A model generated the notes under the pieces. It saw nothing but the letters and a program-made list of their open reading frames with translations, made no database searches and was not told where the DNA came from. Below, in pieces: positions 49,570 through 62,511 of a stretch of 64,000 bases of DNA. Source of the stretch: Sminthopsis crassicaudata. Taxonomy: Eukaryota. Made by a program: the position numbers and the translations under genes. Each line of letters starts with the position of its first letter. The stretch's first letter is position 1. Location: positions 507,125,644-507,189,643 of the forward strand of contig NC_133619.1 of NCBI RefSeq assembly GCF_048593235.1. The letters are read 5' to 3'.

Positions 49570-50802
49570 GTGAGGGTCAAATGAGATATTTGTAAAACAT
49601 TTAGCATGGTGCCTGGCATATAGTAGTCTCTATATAAATGTTTGCTATGGTATTATTATTAATTTAAGGTAGAAAATACGAGCTGTGATTTGGAACTTTC
49701 AGCCAACTCTGATATTCTGGAAGAGAAATGCGCAATCACTAGTTAGAAACAGAATGTTCTATGTAGCTGAAGTTTCAAACTGGTGAACATTTTTTTGGGG
49801 GGAACGAAAGCCACTCTCTTTCTGAATATCCAGTCTCCTGATCACTTGGCTGATGCTCAAATACTCTTGCTGGCTCTGCTTCCTGTGTATTCCATTACTA
49901 GCCTGCACCAAAGAAAAGAGTTTTACTGGGCTCCAGGCATTTTTAAAGAGTTATCATACCTCTACACTCCTCTGTTCTTAATATACAACATTTTCACAGT
50001 ATTTTTCACAAAAACCTATAAAATAGATAACATTGGTATCAATACCATCATCTTAAAGATGAAGAAACTCAAAATCAGAGAGGTCAAGTGATTTGTCCAG
50101 GGTCAATGAACTAGGAAACATGTCAGTCATGATTTAAAGAAATTCTAATGATGTGAACTGAGGCAAAGACTGGCCTCCAGAGCCATATTGACTAGGAACA
50201 AGCACTTTCCATCTCTTCAATTTCTTTGTCTTTTAGCTCAAAATATTATGATCTTAAGTAGTTTGATGCAAAGGAAAGGAAGTTGGATTGAGAGTTAGAG
50301 GACCTGCATTCAAATTTGACATTACTTCTTATTGCCCTAGTCACTTGAAGCAAATGTCTTAATTTCCATGGATTTCTGTTTCTTCATCTATACAAATGAT
50401 GGAATCTGAGGCTATGTAACCTCTGAAATAATTTCCAGACCAATTTTGGAGCCTAAGAATCTGAGAGTTCCATATTTCTACTTCTGTGATCCAGCTATGG
50501 TCTATGAAGCAGTCAAGTGTCATAGTGACTAGAGCAATAGACCTTGAATTAGAAAAATGTGAGGCTTGAAAAATCAAGCCTCATACACTACTAGCTATGT
50601 GGCCCTGGGCAAAACTTAATTTTTGTTTGCCTCAATTTCCTCAACTATAAAATGGCAGTGATAATAGCATTTAGTTTCCATTGCTGATGAGAAGAATAAA
50701 TGAGATAGTACTTATAAAGTGTTTAGTACACTGTCTGTTGTGTCACAAGTGCTGCATAATTGTTCCCTTCCTTTATTCCCTACTTCCTCTGATCCATTTC
50801 CC

Positions 50803-51047
50803 CAGAGGTATACTGGAACCATTTCCTACTGGCTTCAGGAGTCACTTGTTAAATTTTCAGCATGAGCATTTTCATCTTGAAAATTGACAACCCCTACAAA
50901 CCAATGTTTGATTTATTGTTTTGTTGATTGTCTAGACTTAAGAAGGTGATAGATAAAATGTTAATAATGCAAACTTAAAAGTGCTCTGTGTACATTTTGG
51001 GAGTAGCAAAGAGAGCCAGTTGTTAAATATTTACCAGCATGCCCCTG
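50803..51047. mobile_element. hAT (Arthur1/Tip100-like) non-autonomous DNA transposon
   Basis: Imperfect terminal inverted repeats cagaggtatactgg...ccagcatgcccctg. Internal gttaaattttcagcatgagcattt and gagccagttgttaaatatttaccagc. Confidence 0.65.
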
Positions 51048-51189
51048 TGCATCTCCCCCCCAGATATCCTATTAGTTATTCATTCCTATCCCAGGACATC
51101 ACTGTTAATGGAAGCATTGAAAGATTTAACTTTAATTTGACAAATAGTCTGGAGAGGCTGTGGTTTGGAACAAGCTGACCTGGCAAACA

Positions 51190-51375
51190 AAATCATTGTG
51201 TCATAATAGAATTTGGTGACATTTCCAAAGTAGCTGGACTTGCAAATGTAACAGCAATAGCAGAAATTCTAATGCTGCCAAGAAATCTCAGGGCCCAATG
51301 AATATCCATCCTAATAAGTCTGATATAGATGGAGCATCTTGAGGCAGTTCAGTGTAAACGAATATAAAATTCTGC
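51190..51375 (+). mobile_element. Ancient CR1-type reverse-transcriptase fragment
   Basis: Residual peptide motifs FGDISKVAGLAN and QFSVNEYKIL resemble CR1 KFADDTKLGG and KFNKDKCKVL. Confidence 0.5.
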
Positions 51376-51679
51376 CAGATTTCAAGGGGAAGATCAGGGA
51401 GGCTGGGAGGCTACACTACACTTTAGTCCCAACTCTTTAACCCTGTCCTGTTCACCTGTCAACTACCTTGTCCAGTAGACAATTTCCCCATCTGCTTGAT
51501 GGGGCTGAATAACAACACCTGTTCTAAGTTCTTTACCAAACTCGTGAAGATAAACTCATTAAAGGATGGGAAAGTCCTTTAAAAAGTGTGAATATTTTAC
51601 TAATAAAATATTATTTATAAAATTCCATCCAATCCACATGATTGTCAGATTGCTAGCAAGAAGAAGTAGTGAAACAATT

Positions 51680-52790
51680 AGCTTTTATTAAGTGCCTACT
51701 ATGTGTCAAGCATTGTACTAAGTGCTAGGGATTTGACAAAAGAAAAAAAAATGGCCAGTCCCTGCTCTGTAAGTGCTCAGATTCTCAACTTGCAAATACA
51801 AACAAGATACCAACAGGATAAATTATAGATAATCAATAGAGGGAAGGCACCAGAATTAAGGAGGATGGGAAAACTCTTCTTGTAGAAGGTGGGACTTTAT
51901 CTGGGACTTGAAGAAAGCCAGGGAACCAAAGAGGCAGAAATAAGGAAAGAAAGCATTCCATGTTAGAGGGGGGATAAGCATTGAAAATGCCTGCAATTGG
52001 GAAATACAATGACTTGTGTGAGGAATGTCTTTTGTCAAGGGAGCCATTGTCCTTGGATATCAAAATACCTGGATGGAGGAGATGGAGTATAAGGTGTAAT
52101 GAGACTAGAAAAAAGCAGGATGAATTGGGAGGGAGGACCCACGCTGATGGGTTTGTGCATACTTGTCTCTAATAAGGCCCTTCAACCCAGAAACCCGCTA
52201 GCAATCCCCACTTCTCTTTGGTGCTTTTCATCTCCCTTCCTGAGATATCAGGGAGGGCGTGATTATCTCCTTTTTAGTGCTTTCATCTCCCCTCCTGAGA
52301 AGTCAGGGGGGGCGTGATCACCTCCTTTTTGGGGTTCTCACCTCCCTGAAAAGTCAGTTAGACCTGTGGTCTAAAACAAAACAGGAGATGTAAAGGGCTA
52401 GAACTGAGCAAATGCATTTGGATAATGGAGCACGTGAGACTAATTGCCAATTGGACAGTTCCCTATTAACTTGTTTGAAGGTTGACCCTCCCCAGCTATT
52501 CTGTGCTGACTTGATTGGGGGGACAAAGAAAGGGAAGTGATGTGTGTGGGAGGAGTAGGAGGAGGGAGAGGAAATTGAGACATTGACACTTAGTCAGTCT
52601 CTCCTGGCGTTTTTATTTTATGTTTGATCCCAGAGGTGCTAGGGAACTGCCAAAATTTATTGAAAGGAGGTTGATATGGACAGACCTGTGTTTTTAAAAA
52701 TGATCAGCTTGACAGCTGAGTAAAGCATGGATTGAAATGAGGAAAGACTTGAGGGAAAGAAGCCAACCATCAAGCAATGCAATAGTTCAG
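51680..52790 (-). mobile_element. L2 (antisense) split by an ERV fragment at about 52121-52609
   Basis: ttattaagtgcctactatgtgtcaagcattgtactaagtgctaggg...agggaaggcacc...aagcattccatg; resumes tgtttgatcccagagg...acagacctgtgttttt. Confidence 0.8.
52121..52609 (+). mobile_element. ERV fragment: 3' internal region, polypurine tract and partial 3' LTR (U3)
   Basis: 56-bp tandem unit (52221, 52277, partial third), purine-rich aaaacaaaacaggaga, then tgtaaagggctagaactgagc from 52389. Resembles dasyurid LTR starts as I recall them. Confidence 0.65.
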
Positions 52791-54774
52791 TCACCAGAAA
52801 GGGAGCAAACTGTCCTGGAAAGAGACCTGATTTCTTGCCAGGTGACCTAGGTTGAAAGCTTAACTCTTATACATGTGAATCTGAGTAAATCACTTCATCT
52901 CTCTGAATTGAAATTCCCTTATCTAGAAAATAATACTTGCCTTACCCATAGAATTCTTGTGAGCAAAGACATTTATAAACCTTTGTCTGGATGAAAGAAG
53001 AAAAAAGCGTTTAGTAAGTGCCTATTCTGTGCCAACCTCTATACTAGCTGGGAAAGCAAAACCAAAGACAAGACAGTCCCTGCCCTAAAGATGCTTACAT
53101 TCTAAAGAGGGACCCAATATCGATCATTATGACAAAGGATGGGGTACTCTGAAAGGTATAGCATAGTGAAAGAGGCTACTGAGGAGTCCACTGCTTCACT
53201 CCATCTAAAAATAATGACAGAGTTGATTTGATCATAGCTAATGGTTACAAAACTGGAAGGAGTGGGAGCAGGGTAGCAACTAGAGAGGTGGCTTTAGAAG
53301 GGATGGCCAAAGAAGAAAGCTGTGGATGGAGCTGGTCTAGAAATGAGTGTCACCAATCACCAATGCTTATGTTGTTGGAGAAAGATCTTCCCAGAATCGA
53401 TCTACATTGTAGGCAGGGAGGTTATAGATAGGATACTATTGTATGTGACCAGAGATAAGGGAGTTAGTCATAAAAAAATGTAGACTCCTTGATGATTGGG
53501 ACTTTTTCACTTTTTTATAACCCCCAAACCTGGTCCAGTGCTTGGGACATAGTAAACACCTAATAAATATGTTATTTGATTAATTTGCATCATTATCATC
53601 ATCATCATCATCTGTTGGAAAGTAGAGGAACTGGGACTTGAATTCACGTCTCCTCACTACAGATTCAGTGTGAGTACAAATCTCATGACTTCATTTATTT
53701 CCTGAGTATTCCTTTTACTCCATAGATCAGAAAGCAGATAAAGGCTGCTTCAGGTCCCAATAAAGATGTAGTCTGGTGTTCAGAAAGAGTATAAGACTCA
53801 AAAATTAAGAAATTTGGGTTACTTCAATGAATGAATATACATACTACAATGATCTTAATGCAAATTATATTTCCATTCCACCCACACACACAGCCCCTCA
53901 ACTGGCTTTTTCTGTGTGTGTTTATATATATTTTTATTTTACAGAGATCTCATTTTTGGGAGCATTCTGAATTTGAGGATAGCCTATACAGAACTGTGTG
54001 GTATTATGCAGAGAAATTAGGCCATGTATGTAAAGAAGGAATATAGTCTACATTGGAGCTTGAGGGGAAAAGACTTAAAAAGGAGAGAAGCAGCTTTCTG
54101 TGATCTTCACTGGTTGAAAAAAATTGAATTCGCATAATTCCTTGGATACATTATCGGACAAGGATTATGGTAATATTCCCAGAAGCCAAATGATCTATAG
54201 ATGTTTAATGTATTCATGGACTCTAAAGGTTCCTATGTGCAGTAAGCTGGGAGGATTCAGAGATATTGGTTGGGTAGTTCACAATTGGTGTTTTTTCAAA
54301 AATATCTAGGGCCATGGTTGGCTTTTAAGATTGGCTTCCCAGGAGCGTTTGTTGGACACTTGTAGAATTCCGATAAGGTTTCTGGAGAAAGCAAGATTTA
54401 AAGTGTCATTTCTACCTGTATAATATCATGCCATTTAAGGTATCATACATAAGAACTAAAAATGAAAAAAAGAGAATCATTCTTATCATCCTCTTTCAGG
54501 AAAATCAGCTTTGGACGTTCAACCGTGGCTATTCTGGGACCGACTGGGACATGGGCATCTGATAACTAGCCGAGTCCTGCAGGCTGTTTGCTTCAGATAG
54601 AAAAGCATGACAAGGAGAGGCCGTAGGGTACAGGTGAAAGAGGTGGAATGAGAAGCGGCAGGCCTGGATCCTAATCTGAGCTCTGTGACCACCTGAGTCA
54701 CCTTGGACATAAAGATTTCTTCCCTTGATCTCTGTTTCCTTATCTGTTAAATAGGGAAATTGGACTAGATCAGA

Positions 54775-54910
54775 GGCTCCTGGTTTTTTATTGTGCCATG
54801 GATCCCTTTGGAAATCTGGTGAAACCTCTGGTCCCCTTCTTCAAATAATGTTTTTATTTGCATATAGTAAAATACATAGGATGAAAAGGAAAGTAATTAC
54901 ATTGAAATAA
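54775..54910 (+). mobile_element. Non-autonomous hAT-Charlie-type DNA transposon fragment (same family as 35800)
   Basis: gccatggatccctttggaaatctggtgaaacctctggtccccttcttcaaataatgtttt...aaaatacataggat. Confidence 0.65.
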
Positions 54911-55524
54911 TAATAATCACATGTTATATAATCGTACTATTATCATAGTGGCTAATATTTATATAATGCTTATTATGTGCCAGGCAATGTGCTAAGCAAG
55001 TTTACAATTAGTATCTCTTGATGCTCACAATGCTGAGAGGTAGGGGCTATTATTATCCCCATTTTCTTAGAAGAGGTAACTGAGGCAAGTAGAGATCCAG
55101 GGATTTGCCTACTACTAATAATAATAACAGCTAGCATTTATATAATGCTTATTATGTGTCAGTAACTATCCTAAGCTTTGACACTCAGTTTCTCATTTTA
55201 TACTAATGGTAGCCCTGGGAGGAGAGAATTATAATTATCCCCATTTAGACAAATGAGGAAACTAAGGCAAAGAGGGGTTAAATGTTTTGCCCAAGGTCAC
55301 AGAGCTAATAAGTAGCTGAGGCTGAATTTGAAATCAGATCTTCTGACTCTAGGCTCAATGATTTATCCAATTTTAAATTTCACAAATCCCAGTTTAAGAA
55401 CCCTGTGCTATATGATCTCTAGCTTGAACATATCAAATGATATAATAGCTGTAAAGTGCTTAGTATGGTGCCTGATACATAGTAGACTTGTAATAGTAGA
55501 CTTTCCTACTTATTCCTTTATTCT

Positions 55525-55670
55525 ACGATCAAAAGTTCTTTCCAGCTCTTATAAACTTTTCATTTTCTAATATTCCATGTTCTAAGGTCCTTTGCATTCT
55601 ATCACCTATGGTTTCTTCCAGCTCTTAAATTCTGCGTTCAAACATTCTATGTTCTAAAGTGCAGTTCTCT
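55525..55670 (+). repeat. 33-bp SINE-tail minisatellite, about 4 units
   Basis: tttccagctctta...ccatgttctaaggtcctttgcattctat...cttccagctcttaaattctgcgttc...cattctatgttctaaag. Confidence 0.65.
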
Positions 55671-56329
55671 AATACCATTGGTTTCTTTGGTTGACACAAG
55701 TACAGCATCTCAAGTCAACATTCCATTCCTGGGAGACAAAACTGAATGGAATTATTTCCAAGGAAGGTAGAATATTAAAGGATATGGAAGTATATATGAT
55801 TTTCATGTTGAATATTTTTATTCATCTTCCTCAATGGCTATTTTCCATATGGTAGATGAGATTAGTTTTGCAATCATTTTATCAGATACTGAGGATACTT
55901 AAAAACCCATTGATAAACAAAAAGCTTGATATCTTCTTAAGCCTCTTTCCAGCCCAGTAGTCAAAAGTCATATTCATTTCTTGATAGCATGTTCATTTTT
56001 CAAGGCACACTTTAAATCCTTCATCCTCCCACCATTATTATCATAATTACCATAACTAATATTTATATCACATTTTAGGGTCCACTTATATATATTATCT
56101 CATTGCATTCCATCTTTGTGAAGTAGGTGTTATGATCAGTCTCATCACAGATAAGGAAATGGAGGCTGAAAGAGTTTAAATAACTTGCCTCTGGTCACTC
56201 ATCTTGTTAGTATCCAAATCAGGATTGAACTTTTTATGTCTGAAGCAGATTGAACTTGGGTCTTTGTGATACAAAGTCCAGGGCTCTATCTACCATGAAC
56301 ATTTTTCTATAAGGTCCTTGCATATTTTT

Positions 56330-56575
56330 TTGTTGTTCAGTTACTCCCAACTCTTCATGACTCTATTTGAAGTTTTCATGGCAAAGTTATTGGAGTAGTT
56401 TGCCATTTCCTTCTGTCACTCATTTTATAGATGAGAAAACTGAGGCAGACAGGACTAAGCGACTTGTTCAGGGTCACTCAACTAGTCTCTGAAGCTGAAT
56501 TTAAACTCATAAAGAGGAGTCTTCTGATTCTAAGCCGAGTGCTCTATTTACTATGCCACCTAGCTACTCTGCTTT
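56330..56575 (-). mobile_element. MAR1-type SINE
   Basis: tgttgttcagttactcccaactcttcatgac...tggagtagtttgccatttccttct...ctatgccacctagctac. Confidence 0.8.
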
Positions 56576-57659
56576 GTATATAGTAAGCACTTATTAAATG
56601 CTTGTGGAATAATGTTCATTAGAATGTGACAATTTATCTAAAGATAAAGATAAATTTATTACAACCATACATGAAATTTTTTAAAAAGCCAATTATTTTT
56701 CTATTATCATTACTAGAAAAATGACATGGAGGTCACAGATATAGAGCTGTAAGGCCGGCTAGACTAAAGAAGCCTCACGGAAACTCAGGTAAAATGAGAC
56801 AAGATTTGAATCCAGGTTTATGGGCTCTTCAGCTAGTGCACTTGTCATAGTAACACATACTGGGCTTTCTAAAGTTATTCTAGTGGAACGTGTGCTCGGT
56901 CAGCTGCCAAACTATTTGATCTATCAAGTTTTTCCCCAACTCTTACATCTTCTTTAGCCACTATATGGACAGACACTACTAAAAATTTCCCAGAAATGTT
57001 TGCCAATTTTCTTATTACTACATTATAACAAAGCAAACAATAATATAATAAAAATCTCTTTTGACATTAGCCAGGGTACTCAAAGATATTCCCTCCACCC
57101 TTTGAATACTTGGTTAACCATACCATCAGAACAGGAAGACTCACCACCACAAGCCTGTTCCAATAATTAGGCCCTTCTGCTCACACTGGCTCTTGCCTAA
57201 TGCCTACAATATTCCATGACACAAGACTGAGAAGAAGGCATAGATGGGTCTAGCTATTTGGTTCTCTGTTCCTACTCCAGTAACGCCATGCTATCAGCGA
57301 GGGATGGGGATTGATGAGGTATTGAGAGTGTCCCTTCTTTCACCTGCCTCATCTCTCCTCTCCCTTGGTCTCTTCACATAAATAGAGAGGGGAATGTGTA
57401 GAAATGGCTCCCATCAGCCCCACTTCATTTATCTGCCAAGTAAAAATTCCTGGTCTCTGGGGCAGCAAAAGGGGGAAGTTGTGGCATGGGAGATACAGAT
57501 ATTATCATTATAAAGATTATATAGCTTGAGTTCTATATATAAAATCTTAAGATTTATGGATCTAATTTAAGCTTTTATAGTATGAACTTAAGCCACTCAG
57601 GGCTACAGCTCTCATTTATAATATTGTTCCTTTGTTTCTAAATGCCCCCCATGTCACTG

Positions 57660-57850
57660 TTTCACCTAATGCTGTGTTTTCTGAGAGTCTATTAACAGCT
57701 TTAAGAAACTTATTATGCTCGGCCCCAGAGAGGAGAACTAAATGGAAATTACAGAGAGGCAGATTTTGGTTCAATATGAGGAGGTACTTCCTAACAGTTG
57801 AAATTGCACCCAAGTGGCCTGGATTCTCCTGTGAGGTCATGGAATCATAA
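57660..57850 (+). mobile_element. L3/CR1 3' fragment
   Basis: ggaaattacagagaggcagattttggttcaatatgaggaggtacttcctaacagttgaaattgcacccaagtgg. Confidence 0.65.
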
Positions 57851-60299
57851 CATGTTTCCCCAAAGATAGGTTACTGTCTCATCCAACCTAGGAATTTTAC
57901 AGGTAAAGAAATTGGACCCCAGATACTGAGTTTCCCATCATCACCTGAAGTTCAAACATGATGACCATTTGTCAGGGTTGTTAGTATGTTCCTGCCTCAG
58001 GTAAGAGTTGTAAGAATTGACTGCTCTACCTTTACCACACTGTAATTATCTGACTTCTTTTTAGCCTTCATTTTGACATCCTATCACACATCAGCTTCAA
58101 CTTTGCCATTTGTTCAATTACAAAGAACTTTGAGAATAGTCAATGGGAGACTGTGAAATCCCCACCAGAAGGCAGAAAGGGGGAAGAAGACTAAAAATTC
58201 ACTCCTAAATACCACTTTTATTACTACTTGTAAAAAATATATATTTTAGAAACAATGGTTTTTAAAGGGCTAGAATAAGGGATATTTAAGAAATGTATAG
58301 ATTTCTTTTATTCATGTTATCTCTTTCCCCCAGTAGACTGGATAATTGAGACTTAGTTGTTTCACTATCACAGTTCTCTCTTTACAAGTTTCCCTACATC
58401 AAAGGTATGTTTTGAAGGAGCTATCTGCTGTAGTTTCTAATGAATGCCGATTTGATTTTACATTTGATCTCATATTGAAGACAGCATACCTTCTACCCTC
58501 AGATATCTCCTCAGAACATGAAATTGGTCAGCATGTCTAAGAGGAATTTTTTTTAACAAAAACATATGTATATGTATATATGTCTATGCATTTTTATTTA
58601 TTCATTTGTTTATTTATAGGCAACCCTTCCTATTAGTTATGAAACTTGGGGCATCTAAAGATCTCTGACCATCTGTCTCAATATTTCTCAATACAGCACT
58701 AGAATCAGCCAGAGATAAAAATGAAACTATCCCCTTCCTGTCATCACATAACCTCTGTCTGCCTGTGCTGTCACGAAATTTGTTAGAAAGTGGAATAAGA
58801 TAAATCAAATAATAAGCCTTTATTAAGCAACGACCACATACTAGGCACTGGTTGATTGTTAGTTGTCTTTATACTCAAAGAGGAACAAAAGGTGGTTAGA
58901 GTCAAGGTACAGTGTTTCTGATTGTGGCTGATCAGACTATATGAACTCAGAAGGCTACAGGTCAGGCAGGAGTAATTCACGTTAGCTTTTGGGGTAAATT
59001 ATTGAAATTTGTGCATCTAAGCTACTTCAATTCTGTTTTACCTATAGAGCCCCGTGCTAATGTCTCCCATGCCATACAATTAATTACAGATTTCTTCAGA
59101 GAGACCTTGAGAATGTCATTGTATTGCTTCTTCTGACTGCCATGTGAGCAGTTACCTTGTGTATAAAAAAAAAAAAACCTACTAGGGACTATAATAAGTG
59201 CAAAGGCAAAAGCAGAACAGTCTCTGCCTTCAGTGGTGTACAATACAGATAATTTTGAGGAGAGTCACTAGGATCAGGAAGGTCTACAGCTCATTGCTGT
59301 CATCATCATAATCATTGTTATTGTTGTTATGCATACAGTAATTAAGCTTTCCATCTCTTATCCCTCACTTTCCTTGCATCATTGGTGCTAAACTTAAATA
59401 GGAATGGAGGCCACTAAACTGAACATTGCCCATCTGCAACACTTGTCCAAAGCATACTTAATGATAGAATAACTCAATCATCTGCCCAAACAAGCTTGCT
59501 ATGATTTATACATTATGCATCATTATGCGGTTTCTATCCAGTTGTTTTTCTATTTCCTGTAGGAGGTTGGTTGATCAAATCTTTTTCCCCCAGTTAATAA
59601 ATTTAAAGACCAGTATAATTTTCCAAAATATCTGACCCTCACTGAATGTTCCCTTGTAATACAGAAAATTTTGAGCAAAACCCAATGGAAAAAATTACTA
59701 TATTTTATGGTATGTGCAACATTCTTTACCTGTAGTCCTCCACCTCTCCACTGAGAGAAAAAAAGATTTGCTTCCTTCTCTTTTCTCTAAGGTCAAGATT
59801 GATCATTATAATTAGCTTAAGTTTGGCAATAGTTTAATATGTTTGAGCTAGTCTTCCCATTTCCCCCTGAAATCCTCATATTTCTTATTTTTATAAGATA
59901 GTAATATTCTAATATATATATATATGTATATGTGTGTATATATATATATATGCCAGAAATTTTTGCAGATATTCCCCAGACAGTGGACATTCTTTTTGTT
60001 TCCTTTTTATTCTGCTTCAAATAGAAATATATAAATAGAAAGATAACTATAGTTGTAATTATTATTATAGTTATATAGAGAACATTTTTGTTCATTTGGT
60101 AATTGACTTCCTTGAAGTTTTGCTCTCAATTCTGAAAACAAAGTATGAATAGTTTTCTAACTTTTCTTTGGACCAATGTCTTTTGAGTTACCTTGGATCT
60201 TATTAAGAAGTCCCTATTGTATCCAGGGATTTGAGTCAGTCAACAAAGTATCATCCATAAATAGGAGCATCTGGAGTACCTGATGTTCCATGAAAAAAA

Positions 60300-60520
60300 T
60301 TTTTTTGTTCTTTCCTTCCTTCCCTTTGGTTCTCTTCTTCCTTTCTTGTTTCTTTTTTCTTTTCTTTCTCTCTTCCTTTCTTTTTTATTTCTTTCTTCCT
60401 TTTTCTTTCTTTCTTTCCTTCCTTTCTACCTTCCTTTCTTCTTTCTCCTACTTTTATTTTCTTCTTCCTTCTTTACTCTTCTCTTTCTGCTCTTCCTCTT
60501 CCTTTTCCTTCTCTATTATG
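60300..60520 (+). repeat. CT-rich low-complexity tract
   Basis: Directly visible; explains the F/L/S-rich ORFs at 60283-60570. Confidence 0.9.
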
Positions 60521-61029
60521 ATTATGACTTTGATCTTTGCTTCATGAAATTAAGAAGTGCTGTTATGTAACCTCTCAACTCCAGACAGTATTCTAGGTCT
60601 ATGATGTGGGGATTCAATTTATAAAGTTATTTATATTCTGGGTGCTTTAAATGCACTCATAAAACCATAGAATTTCATCATATATTTGAGCCTTCCCGTG
60701 TATACAGATGCTGTTAAGACATTTCTGCCCATTTTTCTGAGTTCTCCCCTCTGAAGCTGATCAGGAAAATATTAAGTATATAATAAAAGTATAAATAAAA
60801 TGATATACAAGACTTGAGGGACAAAGAATAATTTCTGCTTGGGAGGTTGAAGTTAGCCAGAAAAGCCTCCTGAAGGAGGTGATTTTGCAATTGGGGTTTT
60901 AAAGAAATATAGGATGGAAGAGAAGGCTATCTAAGGATGTGGAACCATGTAAAAGTGTTCAATGAAGAACATGTACATGAGACAATGAATAGGCCATTTT
61001 GCTAGAATGTGCTTAAGACATATGAAAAG

Positions 61030-61280
61030 TCAAGTGACAAGTGGCGAGGTTGCACAGTGATAGAACACTGGGCTTGGAACCAGGAAGATTCATTTCATGA
61101 GTTCAAATCCAGTCTCAGATACATATTAGTTATATGGCTCTGGACAAGTCATTTAACCCTGTTTGCCTCAGTTTCTCATCTGTAAAATGATCCAGAGAAG
61201 GAAATGATAAACTACTCTAATGTCTTGGCCAAGAAAACCCCAAATGGGGTCACAAAGAATCAAATATGACTGAAGCAACA
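61030..61280 (+). mobile_element. MAR1-type SINE
   Basis: caagtggcgaggttgcacagtgatagaacactggg...ccaagaaaaccccaaatggggtcacaaagaatcaaatatgactgaa. Confidence 0.85.
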
Positions 61281-61884
61281 CACCAATAGCAGTAATGGAT
61301 TGTTAATTCAGGTTAAGGTGGTGTGAAGGCTGCAAATGCCAGACTGAACTTGAACTTTACTCAGTGGAATTGGAAACCATGGCAAGTTTGTAAGCAGTCA
61401 CAGAACAGAATCTGATCCTTTCACACGAAAGATTAATTGGACAGTGACGTGAAAGCAAACCAGCTCTCAGAAAAGGAGCTAGCTGTGATAAACATATTTA
61501 TGTGAAAGCATAAATTTATTGTACACTCATTAATTGAGGGTCTGCCGTATGTGGCTTTGCTCTATGCTCCTAGGATTAATGGGACGTGTTCCTTGTCCTT
61601 AAGGAATAATATAAGCTTACATTTTAGAACAATCTATGGTTTGCAAAGCATTTTTTAGTAGCAGCCCTGTGAGATGGGAAGGGCAAGTATCATTATCCTC
61701 ATTTTACAGATGAGGAAACTTGGAGCAATGAAATCACTTACATGTAGTCACTCAGTTCAAAAGAGTCAGAAGCTGGATTCAAATTCAGTTTTTGATTCCT
61801 TGGCCTATTATACCCTCCACTTAACTGCATTGTCTGTCATAGAAGAGGGCAGGAGAGAAAAGGCCCTTGCATAAAAGACTGTCA

Positions 61885-62511
61885 TTTTTGGCTCCCATCT
61901 CATGATGCAGTCTCTTTGGGTCGTCCCAAATCCGAGTTCATCCGACGCCAGCAGCCACCGCATAGCGTGTAGCCTGAACTCAAGCTTGACCCTAATGAAA
62001 GTAAAGTTGTGTTTTTAAGGTGCACTGGTGGTAGTCGGTCCCACATGAGCTCTGACCCCCAAAATTAGTCCCTTGATTTGTCTCCTAAAAATGTTGGTGA
62101 TAACATCGCCAAGGCAACTGGTGACTGGAAAGGGCTAAGAATCCCCATGAACTTGCCACTCAGAACAGACAGGCCCAGATTGAGGTTGTGCCTTCTGCTC
62201 CAGCTTTGATCATCAGAGCCCTAAAGGAAACTCCTCGGGACAGAAAGAAGCAGAAACATCAGTGTCGATAAGATTATCCACATTGCTCAACAGATGAGGT
62301 ACTGATCCCTGGCAAAGAACCTTTCTGGAACATTAAAGAGATACTTGGAACAGCGCAGTCTGTGGGCTGCAACGTCTTCATGATGTCATTGATGACACCA
62401 ATAGTGGTGCTATGGAACGTCCAGCAAGCTAAAAACTACAAAGGAGACTATTGCAATAAATTAACATTTGATAACAACACAAAAAAAAAAAAGAAAGAAA
62501 AAAGAAAAAGA
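61885..62511 (+). pseudogene. RPL12: Processed pseudogene of 60S ribosomal protein L12 (uL11)
   Basis: Intronless. 5' UTR gggtcgtcccaaatccgagttcatccgac. Residual frames [57 protein letters not shown] 62430-62432, AATAAA 62455-62460, A-tail to about 62511. Degenerate TSD aaaagactgtca / aaaatgaatgtca. ATG lost, with frameshifts and deletions. Confidence 0.96.

Noticed and set aside
54829-54839. 11-nt match to miR-133 (tggtccccttc)
   Set aside because: It lies inside a hAT transposon relic, the match stops early, and there is no precursor hairpin.
58375-58412. Short exon ending ACATCAAAG|gtatgt
   Set aside because: The 16- or 31-nt options are not frame-preserving and have no support; the sequence is equally a TCF/LEF motif.
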